DNA of 54,441 nucleotides from Candidatus Aenigmatarchaeota archaeon (GTDB lineage: Archaea > Aenigmatarchaeota > Aenigmatarchaeia > Aenigmatarchaeales > JAHLMS01). Below are positions 51,107 through 54,441 of this stretch, piece after piece; the first letter of the stretch is position 1; the number at the start of each line of letters is the position of its first letter. The notes below the pieces were generated by a model. That model was not told the DNA's origin and did no database searches. It saw only the letters and a list, made by a program, of their open reading frames with translations. The stretch is taken from the NCBI GenBank assembly GCA_018920245.1, contig JAHLMS010000001.1, positions 9,431-63,871 of the forward strand, read 5' to 3'. Position numbers and translations under genes: made by a program.

Positions 51107-51565
51107 ATGCAACCTGAGCGCGAGTGGGCAAAGTTGAGGAAAAAATACAGGAAACTACCTGATTGGAAATGGCTGGATGCAAATTTCCGCATCAAGATCG
51201 AGGAAGGCAGGCTCGTTGACAACGTGCGGATTGGTATAATGGACAAGCTGGACCATATCGCACATGACATGATAGAGCCTATAATCGGCGGTGGGGAGAA
51301 CTACTGTTGCTACTTTGAACGCCGCATGCTCACCGAAGCGGAGCGCGAACGTATGTTCGATATTTACAGACAACTAATGGCAATCCTGTGGGTCGGAAAC
51401 CATATTGCTGTCGAATTCTCGGAAAAGGACTTTGCCGAATGGGTGACCACAGTCTACAATGATTGGGAAAAGCTGAAGCCTGTCATAACGGAGCTGTTTG
51501 ACAAGATAGCTGTCGGCTGGACTGAGTACAAGAAACCTTCAACAGAAACCGCGTACCATGGATAA
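51107..51565 (+). CDS. Hypothetical protein
   Basis: An ORF with coding-like composition and no motif recognised. Confidence 0.4.
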   Translation: MQPEREWAKLRKKYRKLPDWKWLDANFRIKIEEGRLVDNVRIGIMDKLDHIAHDMIEPIIGGGENYCCYFERRMLTEAERERMFDIYRQLMAILWVGNHIAVEFSEKDFAEWVTTVYNDWEKLKPVITELFDKIAVGWTEYKKPSTETAYHG

Positions 51566-51581
51566 TACCATAAAAAATCAA

Positions 51582-51710
51582 TGGTGGGCCGGAAGAGATT
51601 TGAACTCTTGACCACCAGTGTTTACACTTTTTGGAACGTTGTCGGACTGACGACCGCCGGTCGTCCAGTTTTATAAGACTGGCGCTCCAACCTGGCTGAG
51701 CTACCGGCCC
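51582..51710 (-). tRNA. tRNA-Ile(UAU) with an intron of about 51 nt at or near 37/38. CCA is encoded.
   Basis: The acceptor is GGGCCGG/CCGGCCC with A73, and the D arm is GCUC/GAGC. The anticodon stem CCAGU...ACUGG has loop CUUAUA (anticodon at plus coordinates 51673..51675). The T arm is AAGAG-UUCAAAU-CUCUU, and the intron hairpin is GACGACCGGCGGUCGUC. Confidence 0.7.
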
Positions 51711-51770
51711 TTTATGCCTGCTGTGCCCTGACGGCCTTCGGCCGTTGGCTCTCAACAGGCATAGGAATAA

Positions 51771-52700
51771 ATGCGTAGCGCACAATTTAAAAATATGACG
51801 AGGATAGGGCTGATGGAGCGTGCCAAGTCTGTTCTTGACGAGCACGGCTGGGCAACATGCTGTTACCACGGTTGCTTTGACATTGCCGCGCGCAAGCACA
51901 GGCTGCTAATGCTGAAGGTTCTTTCAAACATCGATGCGCTACAACCAGCGAGTGCTACCAACCTGAAGACGATTTCGGCAAATATGAATGCTGGTGTGCT
52001 CGTGATAGGCGAGACCACTAGCAGGGAGAGACTCGCGACTGGAGTCATATACGAGCGTTACGAACTGCCGACGCTCTCGATCGAGACTTTCGAGGAATTA
52101 ATTATTAACGATATTGTGCCTGCGCTTTTCAGAGACAAGGGCGGACTCTATATGGAGATAGAACCTAGCCTGCTTAAAGCAGCACGCAAAGGGGCCGGTA
52201 TGACCCAGGCTGAACTTGCCGATGCTGTCGGAATCAGCAAGAAAACTGTATACTGCCATGAGCATAGCCGCCTCAGGGCGCCGCTGGCTATGGTTCAGAA
52301 AATAGAGACCGTGCTCAAAAAACGAATAGTGCATCAACCGAACATGTTCAAAGAAGTGAAAAAACAGGCAACTGCACCCAAGGACAAGCTTGAGAGGATG
52401 GTCAATTTAGCACTGTCTGGACTGGGCTTTAAGACAGAGTTCGTCGGACAGGCGCCCTTCGATGTCTTCGCCCGCGAAAAAGCACTGCTGTTGTCGGACA
52501 TAGAGGCTGACATGCGTGCAATGGTAAGGCGTGCACCAGCACTGAAGCAATTCATGGAAACGGTTCGCCAGCCAGCGCTGATGATAACCGAACACAGCAG
52601 GGATGAAGAAATCTTCGGGATACCTGTGGTTGAACATGATGAGTTGCTAGAGCTGGGGAGCCCGAAGGAACTGCTGCGTCTAGCAAGAAAAGGGGTTTAG
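51771..52700 (+). CDS. Archaeal COG1395-type putative transcriptional regulator with a central Xre-type HTH
   Basis: CFDIAARK..., and the central HTH MTQAELADAVGISKKTVYCHEH. The start is uncertain, with a later ATG possible. Confidence 0.55.
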   Translation: MRSAQFKNMTRIGLMERAKSVLDEHGWATCCYHGCFDIAARKHRLLMLKVLSNIDALQPASATNLKTISANMNAGVLVIGETTSRERLATGVIYERYELPTLSIETFEELIINDIVPALFRDKGGLYMEIEPSLLKAARKGAGMTQAELADAVGISKKTVYCHEHSRLRAPLAMVQKIETVLKKRIVHQPNMFKEVKKQATAPKDKLERMVNLALSGLGFKTEFVGQAPFDVFAREKALLLSDIEADMRAMVRRAPALKQFMETVRQPALMITEHSRDEEIFGIPVVEHDELLELGSPKELLRLARKGV

Positions 52701-52813
52701 AATTTTACTCTGTAAGACAAATGATGAACAGTAAAAAACATTTTTATATCTAACTTGTCAAATATTTATGTGCGAAATCTCGAGTTTCTGACCAACAGAG
52801 GGAGGTATTCAAC

Positions 52814-53191
52814 ATGAAGCAGTTCGATGTTACAATTGAGAACAAGATGGGCGCACTAGCGGAATTGTGCGACATGCTCGCGCGCAATGCAATAAACATA
52901 AAGGCCATATCTACGGATATTCGCAACGGCTTTGGCATTGTGCATTTGGTTACGGAGGACCACAAGACTACAAAGGAGACACTACAGAAGTCAAAGTTCA
53001 AATTTGATGAAACTGAAATACTTGCAGTAAGATTGCCTGACAGACCAGGTGAGCTTGCGAAGGCGGCTAAACTACTGTCCCGCGCAAAAATAAACATCGA
53101 AAACCTGTTCCTGCTCGGCGGTGATGGTGAGTTCAAGGAAATAGCCTTCAAGGTAAGCGATATCGACAAAGCCAAGGAAGTACTTAAATAG
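52814..53191 (+). CDS. Tandem-ACT-domain small protein (paralogue 1)
   Basis: ENKMGALAELCDMLARNAINIKAIS... and RLPDRPGELAKAAKLLSRAKINIENLF form two ACT-like halves. GGGAGGT RBS is present. Confidence 0.6.
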   Translation: MKQFDVTIENKMGALAELCDMLARNAINIKAISTDIRNGFGIVHLVTEDHKTTKETLQKSKFKFDETEILAVRLPDRPGELAKAAKLLSRAKINIENLFLLGGDGEFKEIAFKVSDIDKAKEVLK

Positions 53192-53219
53192 TTTACTGAA
53201 CATTTAATATTGTGATATA

Positions 53220-53597
53220 ATGCGACAATTCGAGGTTGTGATTGAAAATCGCATCGGTGCGCTAGCAGATGTGTGTGAGGTGCTGGCTCGCGCGAAGGTG
53301 AATATCAAGGCTATTTCCACGGAGCTTAGAGATGGTATAGGAATAATAAAGGTAATCACGGATGATGAAGATGTCACACGCAAGGCGCTGGGCAATGCGC
53401 AGCTGGATTTCTCTGAATATGAAATTATTCCAGTGCGACTGATGGACAGACCTGGAGAGCTTGCAAGACTTGCGAGAAGTTTGGCAAACCTCGGCATTGA
53501 TATTGAATCCGTGTTTATGACCAACCGCGATGCAGGCACGGCCGAGATAGCATTCAAGGTAAGCAACCTGAACGAAGCAAGAAAACTTCTGAAGTAA
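53220..53597 (+). CDS. Tandem-ACT-domain small protein (paralogue 2)
   Basis: It has the same 125-aa length and is collinear with 52814..53191 (ENRIGALADVCEVLARAKVNIKAIS...). Confidence 0.6.
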   Translation: MRQFEVVIENRIGALADVCEVLARAKVNIKAISTELRDGIGIIKVITDDEDVTRKALGNAQLDFSEYEIIPVRLMDRPGELARLARSLANLGIDIESVFMTNRDAGTAEIAFKVSNLNEARKLLK

Positions 53598-53600
53598 ATT

Positions 53601-54441
53601 TTAGCCTCTTCTCTTCTTTATCTTACTAGCCTTGAGCTTCTTGGCCTTTACATTTGTCACTTCGGCCTTCTCAGGTACCTCAGATGGTGCAGCTTTTGGT
53701 TGTTTCCTCAGAAGAACCAATCCGAAAACGGCAATAACAATGACAATAACGAATATTGCCGCAATCCACAAGTCGTAAAGCGGCAAAGCTGCAGGCATCG
53801 GTGGCATTACCGGCACCAAACCAGCTATGAGGAACGGTGTGCCAGCTGCCGTAATGTTTGCGCAGATCACAGAGCTTGTCAGATTCTTGATTATCCAAGC
53901 ACTTGGCAGTTCGGTCCAAACACCATCATAGAGGCTGTAGACCGTTACTGTGTTAGCATCAAAGCCTGTTCCTTCCCAGTTGGCGCAGAAGTATTTCTGG
54001 CCACCAGTAATGCTTATCTCGGCAGCTGAAAGCTGTACTGCTGTAATGCTGTCTGTTTTAGGCAACGGTGCAAATGTGCTCGCATCTATCTTGTGCAGTT
54101 CATTTATTGTGATTTTTGATGAAGGGAAGATTATTACAGCTGATGCACCAGGCTGCGGTGAACCGTCAAGCAAATTACCCTCTATCAGCAGTGTCATGCC
54201 CTGCGGTGGTACGTCAAACACTTGTCCTGGTGTCCAACTCGTGACTACGTAGGTTGGCCATTCAGTTGTTGGCACTGTTGGTACAGCCACTGGAGGTTTT
54301 TCTTCCGGTGGCTTTGGTGGTGGGAGTTGTATGGGTGGCATTGGGCATGCACCACAATCAGCCGAACAGCTTGCACAGTCCTCGCCTGAATCACAATAGT
54401 TGTCGCCGCAGTACGTGCTTGATGAGCGGCATATGCCATGC
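53601..54441 (-). CDS. Cell-surface protein with a C-terminal TM anchor and basic tail. Its N-terminus lies beyond the window.
   Basis: The frame stays open upstream of the listed ATG to the window edge (...HGICRSSSTYCGDNYCDSGEDCASCSADCGACPMPPIQLPPPKPPEEKPP...). It has a Pro-rich linker, a beta-rich domain, a TM (LWIAAIFVIVIVIAVFGLVLL) and a K-rich tail. Confidence 0.55.
   Translation of the reverse strand, partial: HGICRSSSTYCGDNYCDSGEDCASCSADCGACPMPPIQLPPPKPPEEKPPVAVPTVPTTEWPTYVVTSWTPGQVFDVPPQGMTLLIEGNLLDGSPQPGASAVIIFPSSKITINELHKIDASTFAPLPKTDSITAVQLSAAEISITGGQKYFCANWEGTGFDANTVTVYSLYDGVWTELPSAWIIKNLTSSVICANITAAGTPFLIAGLVPVMPPMPAALPLYDLWIAAIFVIVIVIAVFGLVLLRKQPKAAPSEVPEKAEVTNVKAKKLKASKIKKRRG

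Noticed and set aside
1-54441. CRISPR arrays, transposases, integrases or prophage genes
   Set aside because: No regularly spaced direct repeats and no recognisable mobile-element or defence-system proteins were seen. The hairpin family is dispersed, not arrayed. The only mobile-type gene is the intron-encoded homing endonuclease.

Overview
Archaeal chromosomal segment. Evidence for this: BRE/TATA-type promoters, GGAGGTG-type ribosome-binding sites, archaeal-only genes (aEF-1beta, Pth2, CarS, EndoQ, Pelota, FEN1, Sec61beta) and intron-rich tRNAs. My inference is a small-celled DPANN/ARMAN-like lineage. All calls were made by eye from the sequence and the ORF track, with no searches run. Main content, left to right: (1) An archaeal mevalonate cluster: AcnX-type phosphomevalonate dehydratase, isopentenyl phosphate kinase, and both type 1 and type 2 IPP isomerases. 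(2) A putative RNase P RNA. (3) A stand-alone 23S rRNA gene on the minus strand, with no 16S or 5S nearby. It has a flanking processing stem, a repeat-rich leader of about 770 nt, a LAGLIDADG-encoding intron, a second ORF-less intron and two possible micro-insertions of about 44 nt. (4) A seven-gene minus-strand operon linking ribose-1,5-bisphosphate isomerase, a HAD protein, form III RuBisCO, two membrane proteins, a disrupted AMP phosphorylase and ApgM. (5) Housekeeping genes (pcm, FEN1, a Tes-like radical SAM enzyme, aEF-1beta) and a phospholipid head-group island (asd-pssA-carS plus a second CDP-alcohol transferase). (6) An S-layer gene followed by a processive GT2 glycosyltransferase. (7) Seven tRNA genes, all interrupted, carrying nine introns of which three lie in the D-loop. 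(8) A seven-gene cluster of unrecognisable envelope proteins at 41.5-48.0 kb, which I consider the best candidate for an undescribed system. Other points of interest are a GAC...GTC hairpin module recurring in RNA genes, introns and leaders, a small protein with a ribosomal-stalk-like C-terminal tail, a tRNA-Ile(UAU), and non-consensus bases at conserved 23S positions.
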